Assembly (NCBI GenBank): GCA_030637025.1
Contig: DAOVVV010000003.1
Location: forward strand, 9,672-73,671
Direction: 5' to 3'
DNA length: 64,000 nt
From: Clostridia bacterium
GTDB taxonomy: Bacteria; CBDUZB01; JAGLHV01
The notes beneath the pieces are model-generated. The model ran no database searches, was not told the origin of the DNA, and was given only the letters and a program-made list of their open reading frames with translations. Both the position numbers and the translations under genes were made by a program. Shown in pieces: positions 56,553 to 64,000 of this stretch; position 1 is the first letter of the stretch; each line of letters begins with the position of its first letter.

Positions 56553-57877
56553 AAAACTTCCTCCATCGCGGCGGCAAATTGTACAATTTCTTCTTTAGTT
56601 CTTTTTTCAGTTACTGTTACTAAAAGGCTCTTATTACTTTTTTCATAGTATTTTCCTAAAGGAAAACCAGCAATAAATCCTTTTTTCAACATCGGTTTTA
56701 TTACTTCCTTTGCCTCTTTAGGAAGTTCAATAACAAATTCATTAAAAATAGGCAAATCCTTTTCAATTTTTACGCCATTTATTTTACCCAATAATTCTTT
56801 AGCAAACATAGCCTTATTAAAATTCAAACTGGCAACTTCCGCCAAACCCCGCTTTCCCATTACAGAAAGATAGATAATTGCCCTTAGAGCACATAAAGCA
56901 TTGTTAGAACAAATATTAGAAGTAGCTTTCACTCTTTTAATGTGCTGTTCTCTTGCCTGTAAGGTTAAAACAAAACTTCTTTTATTATTAGTATCTACCG
57001 TTGCCCCCACGATACGGCCAGGCATTTTTCGTACAAATTTCTTTTTTGTCGCCATAAATCCCAGATAAGGACCGCCAAAACTAAGAGGCAAACCCAAACT
57101 CTGCCCTTCACCAACAACTATATCTATCCCCATTTCTCCCGGGGTCTTTAAAATACCCAGGGATAAAGGATAAACAGAACCGATTATCAATGCTCCATAA
57201 TAATGAAAAGGCTCGACGATATCCGAATAATCATCAATAACCCCAAAAAAATCAGGATTTTGTAAAACCACAGCAGCAGTAGTATGATCCAAATGTTGAA
57301 AGAGATAAGACCTTTTATCCTGTCCGAATTTAACCGGTATTTCGACAAATTTTATTGAGTGATTAAACATAGAGGTTCTAATAATATCCCTGTATATAGG
57401 ATTTACATTTTTGCTTATAATTATTTTATTCTTCCCCGTAATTTTTATAGCCATCATTATTGCTTCTGCCAGTGCTGTCCCGCCATCATATAAAGACGCA
57501 TTAGCCGCTTCCATCCCGGTTAAATTACAAATCGCAGTTTGATATTCATAAATAGATTGCAAAGTTCCCTGTGCACATTCCGGCTGATAAGGGGTATAAT
57601 TTGTATAGAATTCCGACCTCTCAGCCAACTTATTTACCACTGCAGGTATATAGTGATCATAAAATCCTGCACCCATAAAATTTATTGGGGAAATGTTTTT
57701 CGCCGCAAGTTTTTTTAAATAACTCATTACCTCTTGCTCAGATTTACCTTCGGGTAAATCAAAAGATTTTGCTTTTAAATAAGGACTTATATCACCAAAA
57801 AGTTCTTCAATGGAAGAAACTCCTATGACCTCCAGCATTTGTTTTATTTCTTCTGTAGTATGGGGAATATAATTCAT
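56543..57877 (-). CDS. gcvPA: glycine dehydrogenase (decarboxylating) subunit 1
   Basis: 444 aa with an N-terminus typical of P-protein subunit 1 (MNYIPHTTEE...). Its position between gcvH and gcvPB fits. Confidence 0.92.
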   Translation of the reverse strand: MNYIPHTTEEIKQMLEVIGVSSIEELFGDISPYLKAKSFDLPEGKSEQEVMSYLKKLAAKNISPINFMGAGFYDHYIPAVVNKLAERSEFYTNYTPYQPECAQGTLQSIYEYQTAICNLTGMEAANASLYDGGTALAEAIMMAIKITGKNKIIISKNVNPIYRDIIRTSMFNHSIKFVEIPVKFGQDKRSYLFQHLDHTTAAVVLQNPDFFGVIDDYSDIVEPFHYYGALIIGSVYPLSLGILKTPGEMGIDIVVGEGQSLGLPLSFGGPYLGFMATKKKFVRKMPGRIVGATVDTNNKRSFVLTLQAREQHIKRVKATSNICSNNALCALRAIIYLSVMGKRGLAEVASLNFNKAMFAKELLGKINGVKIEKDLPIFNEFVIELPKEAKEVIKPMLKKGFIAGFPLGKYYEKSNKSLLVTVTEKRTKEEIVQFAAAMEEVLCN

Positions 57878-58269
57878 TTTGATAACTGCTCCACATATTT
57901 ATGATAGTCAGAACCCGACATCAAATCAGACTTTTCCTCTTCATCGGAAATCTCTATTAATGCTAACCATCCTTCATTATAAGGAGATTGATTAATTTTT
58001 TCAGGAGAATCGATAAGCATCTCATTTGTTTTTACCACTTTACCTGAAAGAGGCATATATATATCCGAAGCCGCCTTTACTGATTCAATAGAAATAAATA
58101 CCTTATTTTTATTAAACACCTCGCCTGCCTCCGGCATTTCCACAAAAGTAATATCTCCCAGGGAATTTTGAGCATAATCTGTAATCCCTACGGTTCCTAA
58201 CTTTCCTTCTATCTTTATCCACTCATGTTCTTTGGTATAAAAAAGATCTTCAGGCACAGAACTCTTCAT
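57874..58269 (-). CDS. gcvH: glycine cleavage system H protein
   Basis: 131 aa with the lipoyl-lysine motif IESVKAASDIYMPLSG. Confidence 0.93.
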   Translation of the reverse strand: MKSSVPEDLFYTKEHEWIKIEGKLGTVGITDYAQNSLGDITFVEMPEAGEVFNKNKVFISIESVKAASDIYMPLSGKVVKTNEMLIDSPEKINQSPYNEGWLALIEISDEEEKSDLMSGSDYHKYVEQLSK

Positions 58270-58291
58270 TGTTTAGATTTCCTCCTCTTCT

Positions 58292-59386
58292 TTATTTTTT
58301 TAATGAACCTTGTTTATAAAAAGGCTTATCAGTAATAACCGCAGAGATTTCTTTTCTCCCATCTTTAAGAGTAATGGCTAAATTTTTTTTTACGTCCATT
58401 TCCGACCGGACATATCCCATACCTATACCATAGGCTAAACTGGGAGAAAAAGAACCGCTGGTTACTATTCCTATTTCCTGATTATTTAAAAAAATCTTAT
58501 AATTATGCCGGGGGGACTGGCGAGAAGCAGTAATAAAATAAATAAGTTTACTGGATACTCCCTTTTCTTTTTGTTTTATAAGGGCCTCCCGGCCGATAAA
58601 ACTTTTGCTAAAATCTATGAAACATTCCAACCCGGCTTCTAAGGGGGTGATTTGTTCATTTATATCCTGACCACAAAGGCTATAAGCCATTTCCAGTCTT
58701 AAGGTATCCCGTGCACCCAATCCTGCCGGTTCTACCCTTTCATCCTCAAGAAGTACTGACCAAAGTTGAACTATCTTATCTTGATTTAAATACAACTCAT
58801 ATCCTAACTCTCCGGTATATCCGGTACGACTTACTATAGCCTCTTCACCCTGGAACAAAAAATGAGCAAAATTATAAAACTTGAGTTGATCTAATAAAGA
58901 GGTATCTATATATGCTTTAAGTATTTCCCGCGAAAGCGGGCCCTGTAAATCAATCTTTCCCAATTTTGCCGAAATATTTTCTAATTTATATTTTCCTAAA
59001 AGATGTTCTCTGAAATGTTTTTCATCTTTTTGAGTGGTAACAGCATTAACTACAAACATAAATCTTTCTTTGTTTATTTTATAAACAACAAGGTCATCAA
59101 TTATTCTTCCTTCTTCATTCAATATAAATCCGTAACGACATTTATTATCCTGCATCTTGCTCAAATTAACAGTTACTATTTTATCTAAATTAGTTTCTTT
59201 CGGATCCCCATAAATAATAATTTCTCCCATATGGCAGATATCAAAAAGCGATGCCGATTTTCTAGTCCAGTGGTGTTCAGCAACAATACCTTTATACTGA
59301 ATAGGCATTGACCATCCACCAAAAGGACCCATCCGCGCTCCTAATTTTATATGTTCTTTATTTAAAGGAGATAATTTTAAATCCAT
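58292..59386 (-). CDS. gcvT: glycine cleavage system aminomethyltransferase T
   Basis: MGPFGGWSMPIQY is present. I start it at ATG 59386 (MDLKLSPLNKEH), which has GAGGT 8 nt upstream (59395..59399). The ORF-track start at 59401 is a TTG five codons upstream. Confidence 0.92.
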   Translation of the reverse strand: MDLKLSPLNKEHIKLGARMGPFGGWSMPIQYKGIVAEHHWTRKSASLFDICHMGEIIIYGDPKETNLDKIVTVNLSKMQDNKCRYGFILNEEGRIIDDLVVYKINKERFMFVVNAVTTQKDEKHFREHLLGKYKLENISAKLGKIDLQGPLSREILKAYIDTSLLDQLKFYNFAHFLFQGEEAIVSRTGYTGELGYELYLNQDKIVQLWSVLLEDERVEPAGLGARDTLRLEMAYSLCGQDINEQITPLEAGLECFIDFSKSFIGREALIKQKEKGVSSKLIYFITASRQSPRHNYKIFLNNQEIGIVTSGSFSPSLAYGIGMGYVRSEMDVKKNLAITLKDGRKEISAVITDKPFYKQGSLKK

Positions 59387-59413
59387 AGAATGATACCTCA
59401 AAAAACAAAAGAT

Positions 59414-59491
59414 AGTCCATAGTCCACAGTCGATAGTCCATAGACAAAGACTAAAGACAGTCCATAGTCCACAGTCAATAGTCCATAGATA
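59414..59491. repeat. two tandem 33-nt WORD repeats (59414..59446 and 59459..59491), inverted relative to 59643..59675
   Basis: AGTCCATAGTCCACAGTCGATAGTCCATAGACA is the exact reverse complement of 59643..59675. The second copy has 2 mismatches. Confidence 0.95.
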
Positions 59492-59573
59492 AAGACAAAA
59501 AACAAATAATAAATACTAAATCCTAAACAAACACTAAATTCAAAAATCAAAATCCAAAACAAAAAATATAAAG

Positions 59574-59606
59574 GTCTTTCGGGCGACCAAGGGTCGCCCC
59601 TACATT
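59574..59606. repeat. GC hairpin module (third copy)
   Basis: The sequence is GTCTTTCGGGCGACCAAGGGTCGCCCCTACATT. Confidence 0.85.
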
Positions 59607-59611
59607 AACTC

Positions 59612-59736
59612 CCAACTCATATATCTGTTGTCTTTATTCCGTTGTCTATGGACTATCGACTGTGGACTATGGACTATTTTTTTTGTGTGCCCGAAGGGTA
59701 AAATTATGCGTTTAGAGAAAAACATATTTTGCCTTT
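59612..59736. repeat. 125-nt block duplicated at 53454..53580 (contains WORD repeat 59643..59675 and palindromic-element right arm 59687..59736)
   Basis: This comes from hand alignment. The first 69 nt are identical. Confidence 0.9.
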
Positions 59737-59756
59737 GTTCTCCCCCCCCCCACTTC

Positions 59757-61298
59757 TTAATCTTTATTTTTTTCTCCAAAGACCTGAGCAGAAAAAATAT
59801 AAATTTCTACATCCTTGTCCTTCCATGCATCAGCAGGCAACCCCGCCTTATGAGAACAAAGTGCGGATAAAAATTCTTCCCTGCTCCATCCTGTTTCATC
59901 CGCCACTTGCGGCAAAAAAACTCCCTGACTAAAACCCTTTTTTATTATAACCCCGTGTTTTCCCATAACTATTTTTTCCACATCCTCAACCCTTTCCAAA
60001 GGAGTCAACACTGAAATCTCAATATCTATCTGATTTAATTCCTCCTCGGTTACCGGGGAAAACCGGGTATCATTGAGTGCAGATTCTATTACCATATCAC
60101 GAATAGTTTTCCACAAAACTTTCCGGCCAACTATATTCCCAATACAACCTCGAAGTTTATTGTTTTTATGGAGAGTAACAAATGACCCTCTTTTCTCGTT
60201 TAAAATTTCATCTTTTATCTGAAAATCCGGCTTAACTTTTGTAGCAAGATAAGTCTCTAAAGTCCGGCGGGCAATTTTGAGTAATTTTTCTTTTTGCAGT
60301 TCATTTAATAACATTTTTTCCTCTTTTTTATCATTGTTCAAATTTTTTTTTTTAACTGTCTCGCTTTTTGTTTTATCCGGAGAAGAAAAGCCGGTAATTA
60401 TTAGTGAACTATATCCTACTACTCTATTTCTCTTTTTAGTTACATCACCGGAATTAGCATATTTTAACAATTTTATTTTCTTTGCTCCTAAACTTTTACA
60501 ACTTTCCATTACTGTAACCACCCCGGCTGCCCCACACAATTCACAATCCCTTTTTTCAATATGTTTTATTAACCCCTCGATATCATAGTCCTCCAGCAAA
60601 TTGATGGTTAACCCATCCATCAAACAAGCCTTTCCATATACATAATAATGAGACAAATCAGTAGAAGCTATCAACAAAACTTTTTTTTCCGGGGGAATTG
60701 AATCTACAATTGCTTTTGCTAATATACGGCAATCATCCGGATTATAAGTCCCGGTGAGAACAGGAACAATTTTAAATTCTTTTAATACCTTTTGCAAGAA
60801 AGGAATTTGCACTTCTATAGAATGTTCTTTTTGATAAGGTTCCTCGAAATAACGAATGTTTTCATTTTTATTAACAATACTGCGGGCAAGAACAGTATCT
60901 ACATTTATTACCCCTAAGGGCGTTTCCCAATATTTTTTATCCAACAGTGCTGCTCCTTTAAAATGAACGTAATGGCTGGGTCCCAAAATAATAACCGTAT
61001 CAAAATGCTGTCCTTCTAAAAATTTATATCCAAAGGCAGCCACCTGTCCCGAATAAACATATCCGGCATGAGGGCTAATCAAACCCATAATTTCCCCTTC
61101 TATTTTTTCCGAAGAAACATTTCTCAAAAACCTTTCAATCATTGCCTGTAATTTTTCCTTTGACCGAGGATAAAACTTCCCGGCTACTACCGGGTGGTGA
61201 ATAAAACCAAACATTTCTTTATCTTCCCGGGCACAGGCAAAAATGGAAAAAAAGAATAGCCCGGTTATCATGGTGAAAATAATTATTTTATTATTCAT
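59757..61298 (-). CDS. Memo-like (AmmeMemoRadiSam protein B) / AMMECR1 (protein A) fusion protein with N-terminal signal or lipoprotein-like sequence
   Basis: 513 aa. The N-terminus MNNKIIIFTMITGLFFFSIFAC is hydrophobic and ends in Cys. The Memo domain shows VAGKFYP...ISPHAGYVYSG. A Lys-rich linker follows, then the AMMECR1 domain (RGSFVTLHKNNKLRGCIGNI). AGGAG lies 10 nt upstream of ATG 61298. It has an 8-nt overlap with the upstream gene. Confidence 0.85.
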   Translation of the reverse strand: MNNKIIIFTMITGLFFFSIFACAREDKEMFGFIHHPVVAGKFYPRSKEKLQAMIERFLRNVSSEKIEGEIMGLISPHAGYVYSGQVAAFGYKFLEGQHFDTVIILGPSHYVHFKGAALLDKKYWETPLGVINVDTVLARSIVNKNENIRYFEEPYQKEHSIEVQIPFLQKVLKEFKIVPVLTGTYNPDDCRILAKAIVDSIPPEKKVLLIASTDLSHYYVYGKACLMDGLTINLLEDYDIEGLIKHIEKRDCELCGAAGVVTVMESCKSLGAKKIKLLKYANSGDVTKKRNRVVGYSSLIITGFSSPDKTKSETVKKKNLNNDKKEEKMLLNELQKEKLLKIARRTLETYLATKVKPDFQIKDEILNEKRGSFVTLHKNNKLRGCIGNIVGRKVLWKTIRDMVIESALNDTRFSPVTEEELNQIDIEISVLTPLERVEDVEKIVMGKHGVIIKKGFSQGVFLPQVADETGWSREEFLSALCSHKAGLPADAWKDKDVEIYIFSAQVFGEKNKD

Positions 61299-63393
61299 TC
61301 CGCTTATTCTCCTTTGGGAAAGATTTTTTCAAAGGAACAAAATCTGTTTTTTCTTCTTTGTTATCGTCTTTTTTAACCTTTTCATTATTATTTTTATTGT
61401 TTTCGACAGAATTACCTTTGTTGTTATTATCTTTCTGCTTATCTAACTCCTCTGCTTGCTCCACTAATTTTTCAGGAATCTCTATTGCCTGTACATATTG
61501 AAAAGCAATATTTTTTTGTTTCTCTTCTTTTTCTATCCATTCTGTCTGAGCAACCACCATATAACGACCATCCCGTTTCGGATAAAATTTATTAATTTTA
61601 ATCTTAAAAGGAACAACAACCTCATAAGCAGGACCGATTATCTTTATTTTTTTACAATTTTTACCTATTACTTTTATGCCCTTTTGAGGCAAAATTCTAA
61701 CTTTAATATCACATATTTCTTCAGGTTTTAAATTATTTACTTTTACTTTAATTCTAAAAACTTTATTAAAAACAGCTTTTGAGGGAGCTAAAACATCGGT
61801 TTTTAAAAAATATATTTTCCATTTTTCCCTCAGTCTTGAAAAAAGTGCCCCTCCGGCCAACATCCATTCATGACGGGAATAAGGGCCCCGGCGTCCCCAT
61901 AAGATACGGGATAAACAGTGAATAAAAACCCCTTTACTTATTCCATCCTTATATATTTCATTTACGGCTCTCATACTCCGATTATACATTTCTTCGGGTC
62001 CGGCGGGATTAACAGTGCGTTGATGTAGAGGCCAATCAACAATATTCCCTCCAACAATATTAGCCTGATTCTTTCCCATATATTTATGCCAATCATTGAT
62101 TAAGGTATCATATTGTTCTTTATCCGCTTCATAAAGCATTACTGCATCTATATCTACCCCTGCAGCATTAAACATTACCGGATCCTGCCCATGTTGCCAG
62201 CCTTTATCCCAACTTAAAGTATACGCCCACAAAGGTTTTTTCAGTTTAACCTCTTTTCTTATTTTCTTAATTATCAATGCCGTTTGCCGGGCCCGCCACC
62301 ATTGCCATTGATCAATAAGTGCCCAATCCTTACGCGCAATTTTTTTCCTGGCTAACCAAATCATTCTTTCCTGTCTACTAAATTCTTTCCATTGGGGAGG
62401 GGTCTTTACTTCCATTTCAGCAACAAAATCATCTACTAATTCATAGCCTCCCAGGGCATTACGAATATAATCAATTCCGATATAATCAATTTCCGGCATA
62501 TTATTTAAATATTTGATAAATTCAATAATATCTTTTAACCTCTTTTTATCCCCTATAGAAACAGACCTGGTAGGAAAACAAATATTTTTCTTTGCATTAT
62601 ATTCCCAGGCATAATCATAATTAAGTTCTTTATGTGCCCGGCCAAAAGTCAAATAAGCAACTACCCATGCACCAAATTTAATCCCTCGCTGATGGGCATA
62701 AGCAGCAAATTCAGGCATAAACTCCAGATTATCTTTTATCCAGGGAAAATCATCGGTTAAGTTTCCATGTCTATAATTTGCCGTTTGACCGGCTAAATAC
62801 CAAAAAGTATTTCCTCCGGCAAATTCTACCCAATCAAAAATTTTCTTCCAATCCCCCTTTTCCCCATCCGGCCCTTTAAATACTTTTCTCTTCAGGGGAA
62901 CGGGGTTTTCAAAAGTTATCACACACAATCCCGGTTTTAAATCAAAAGGCACCTTTCTTTTTATTGAAAATTTAGTTTCTAATTTTGTGTTTTTTCCTTC
63001 ATTTATTTTCTGAATTTGTTGTGGAAAAAATAATTTAACTAAATACTCCCCCTCATCAGCATTCCAGAAAACAGGCCAGCTTCCCTCCCACAATTCCTTA
63101 TCTTTATTATATTTAAAGCTTATTGCTTTCTTTTTTCCAATAGTGCTTTGTACGATATTGTCTTTATAAACAAGCGCATAAAAATTATTTTCTTTTAAGA
63201 AATTCTGCACCTTTTTATCATTAATTCCAACAGTAATCTTAACAATATCATAGTGCAGATATTCCGGCTGGGAAAGAGATAAAACAACCACCGGCAAGCA
63301 ATCCCTTTTAAATAAAAATCGTCCTTCTACTCTATTAGGGGAAAAATAGAATATATTTATTATCAAACTTAAAGAAATAAAAATTTTTTTCAT
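61291..63393 (-). CDS. secreted multidomain protein with glycoside-hydrolase-like TIM-barrel core (GHL10/DUF187-like, tentative) and low-complexity Lys/Asn/Glu tail
   Basis: I start it at ATG 63393 (MKKIFISLSLIINIFYFS, a signal peptide). The ORF-track start at 63468 overlaps dtd. The core FAGGNTFWYLAGQTANY...AAYAHQRGIKFGAWV and IDYIGIDYIRNALGG resembles GH-like TIM barrels. The tail is DKQKDNNNKGNSVENNKNNNEKVKKDDNKEEK. Confidence 0.6.
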   Translation of the reverse strand: MKKIFISLSLIINIFYFSPNRVEGRFLFKRDCLPVVVLSLSQPEYLHYDIVKITVGINDKKVQNFLKENNFYALVYKDNIVQSTIGKKKAISFKYNKDKELWEGSWPVFWNADEGEYLVKLFFPQQIQKINEGKNTKLETKFSIKRKVPFDLKPGLCVITFENPVPLKRKVFKGPDGEKGDWKKIFDWVEFAGGNTFWYLAGQTANYRHGNLTDDFPWIKDNLEFMPEFAAYAHQRGIKFGAWVVAYLTFGRAHKELNYDYAWEYNAKKNICFPTRSVSIGDKKRLKDIIEFIKYLNNMPEIDYIGIDYIRNALGGYELVDDFVAEMEVKTPPQWKEFSRQERMIWLARKKIARKDWALIDQWQWWRARQTALIIKKIRKEVKLKKPLWAYTLSWDKGWQHGQDPVMFNAAGVDIDAVMLYEADKEQYDTLINDWHKYMGKNQANIVGGNIVDWPLHQRTVNPAGPEEMYNRSMRAVNEIYKDGISKGVFIHCLSRILWGRRGPYSRHEWMLAGGALFSRLREKWKIYFLKTDVLAPSKAVFNKVFRIKVKVNNLKPEEICDIKVRILPQKGIKVIGKNCKKIKIIGPAYEVVVPFKIKINKFYPKRDGRYMVVAQTEWIEKEEKQKNIAFQYVQAIEIPEKLVEQAEELDKQKDNNNKGNSVENNKNNNEKVKKDDNKEEKTDFVPLKKSFPKENKRNE

Positions 63394-63445
63394 TTTTTTT
63401 AGAACCTTTCTATTTTTATGGCTTATTAAAAGCTTACTCTGTCTA

Positions 63446-63922
63446 TCATCTCTGTGTCTTCCCGGCAAAAATAATTTGAGTATCCAATATTAAAGTAACC
63501 GGGCCGTCATTATGCATACAAACCAGCATATCTGCACCAAATTTACCTGTTTTTACGGTTAACTTGTCTTGTTCCAGCATAAAAACAAACTGATTATATA
63601 ATTCTTTTGCTTCCCGAGGGTCAGCAGCATAGGTAAAATCAGGACGCCGCCCTCTACTGCAATCAGCATAAAGAGTAAATTGAGAAACAACCAGTATTTC
63701 TCCTTTTATATCCGACAAAGAGTAATTCATTTTCCCTTCATCATCTGAAAAGATACGCAAATCAATAATTTTACGCACTAACCATTGCAGATCTTTTTCA
63801 TTATCTTGTTTGCCTATACCCAAAAATACAACTATTCCCTGCTTAATACTTTCCCTTATTTCCTCTTTTTCATTTTTAATAATAACTTCTGCCTGAGATA
63901 CTCTTTGAATGACTGCTCTCAT
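63446..63922 (-). CDS. dtd: D-aminoacyl-tRNA deacylase
   Basis: 158 aa with MRAVIQRVS..., SQFTLYADCSRGRRPDF and GADMLVCMHNDGPVTLILD. Confidence 0.93.
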   Translation of the reverse strand: MRAVIQRVSQAEVIIKNEKEEIRESIKQGIVVFLGIGKQDNEKDLQWLVRKIIDLRIFSDDEGKMNYSLSDIKGEILVVSQFTLYADCSRGRRPDFTYAADPREAKELYNQFVFMLEQDKLTVKTGKFGADMLVCMHNDGPVTLILDTQIIFAGKTQR

Positions 63923-64000
63923 TTATTTGCCTTTTATTTAACTTAAACATTCTATCGGCCGCTAAGCAATAATAGAATGCATAGAAAAACAATTTCCTTC

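Noticed and set aside
59402-59756. Possible glycine riboswitch upstream of gcvT, prompted by the CCCGAAGGG string at 59690..59698, which resembles the aptamer core ACCGAAGGGGCAA.
   Set aside because: The string is on the + strand, antisense to gcvT. It belongs to the right arm of the palindromic repeat, which also occurs between ileS and lspA and elsewhere. I could not find the GGAGAG / CTCAGGCAAAAGGAC-type elements on the minus strand.
53150-59756. CRISPR array hypothesis for the recurring repeats.
   Set aside because: The repeats belong to several unrelated families, occur in both orientations, have irregular spacing and are separated by genes. There is no regular repeat-spacer periodicity and no cas genes.
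63394-63468. N-terminal extensions in the ORF track: 63394..63468 of the GH-like gene, 10834..10881 of the methyltransferase, 28426..28494 of lspA and 59387..59401 of gcvT.
   Set aside because: The extensions overlap the 3' end of the upstream gene or add residues before a clear signal peptide or conserved N-terminus. Internal ATG starts fit the family N-termini better. The lspA case remains uncertain.
1-64000. Mobile genetic element, prophage or defence island.
   Set aside because: No integrase, transposase, recombinase, phage structural, toxin-antitoxin or restriction-modification-like genes were recognisable in any frame. The polysaccharide locus is the only clearly accessory block, and it has no flanking tRNA or direct repeats that I could find.

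Overview
This is a 64-kb, strongly AT-rich (about 30% GC by eye) chromosomal segment from a diderm, LPS-making bacterium. I cannot place it taxonomically from sequence alone. An LpxC-FabZ fusion, LpxI instead of LpxH, and TamB next to BamA hint at a non-proteobacterial, possibly uncultivated lineage. I call 50 CDS, 47 of them on the minus strand, many with 1-8 nt start/stop overlaps that suggest operons. Blocks in + coordinates: (1) 1-1969, PSP1/RicT fragment, holB, tmk. (2) 2347-17976, a Wzx/Wzy-type polysaccharide locus: five GT4 glycosyltransferases, a methyltransferase, Wzx, two Wzy_C/O-antigen-ligase-like membrane proteins (one fused to TPR), a Wzc tyrosine autokinase, a short Wza-like OPX protein and a separate OM beta-barrel. 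(3) 17997-23448, a signalling node: FecR-like protein, HAMP class III cyclase, and a divergent histidine kinase plus REC-GAF-HD-GYP regulator. (4) 23634-32818, housekeeping genes: coaBC, rpoZ, gmk, rluD, lgt, lspA, ileS, yggT-like, proC. (5) 32988-35034, rpmB, an OM barrel and cysE. (6) 35093-51911, outer-membrane biogenesis: msbA, lpxB, a Gfo/Idh/MocA oxidoreductase, lpxI, lpxA, lpxC-fabZ, lpxD, skp, bamA and a 1789-aa tamB. (7) 52234-59401, lipA, an LplA/LipM-type ligase and gcvPB/PA/H/T. (8) 59757-63922, a signal-peptide-bearing Memo-AMMECR1 fusion, a secreted GH-like protein and dtd. I saw no rRNA, tRNA, CRISPR array, transposase, integrase or phage genes. The least ordinary signal is non-coding. 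A few long spacers (25895-26216, 28495-28722, 53191-53758, 54575-55106, 59402-59756, plus short ones in the polysaccharide/signalling region) are mosaics of shared repeat modules. One is a 158-nt palindromic element whose two full copies differ by structure-preserving double substitutions. Another is a perfect 33-bp inverted repeat in the gcvT leader. No tools were run: family calls come from motifs read in the translations, and repeat identities from hand alignment.
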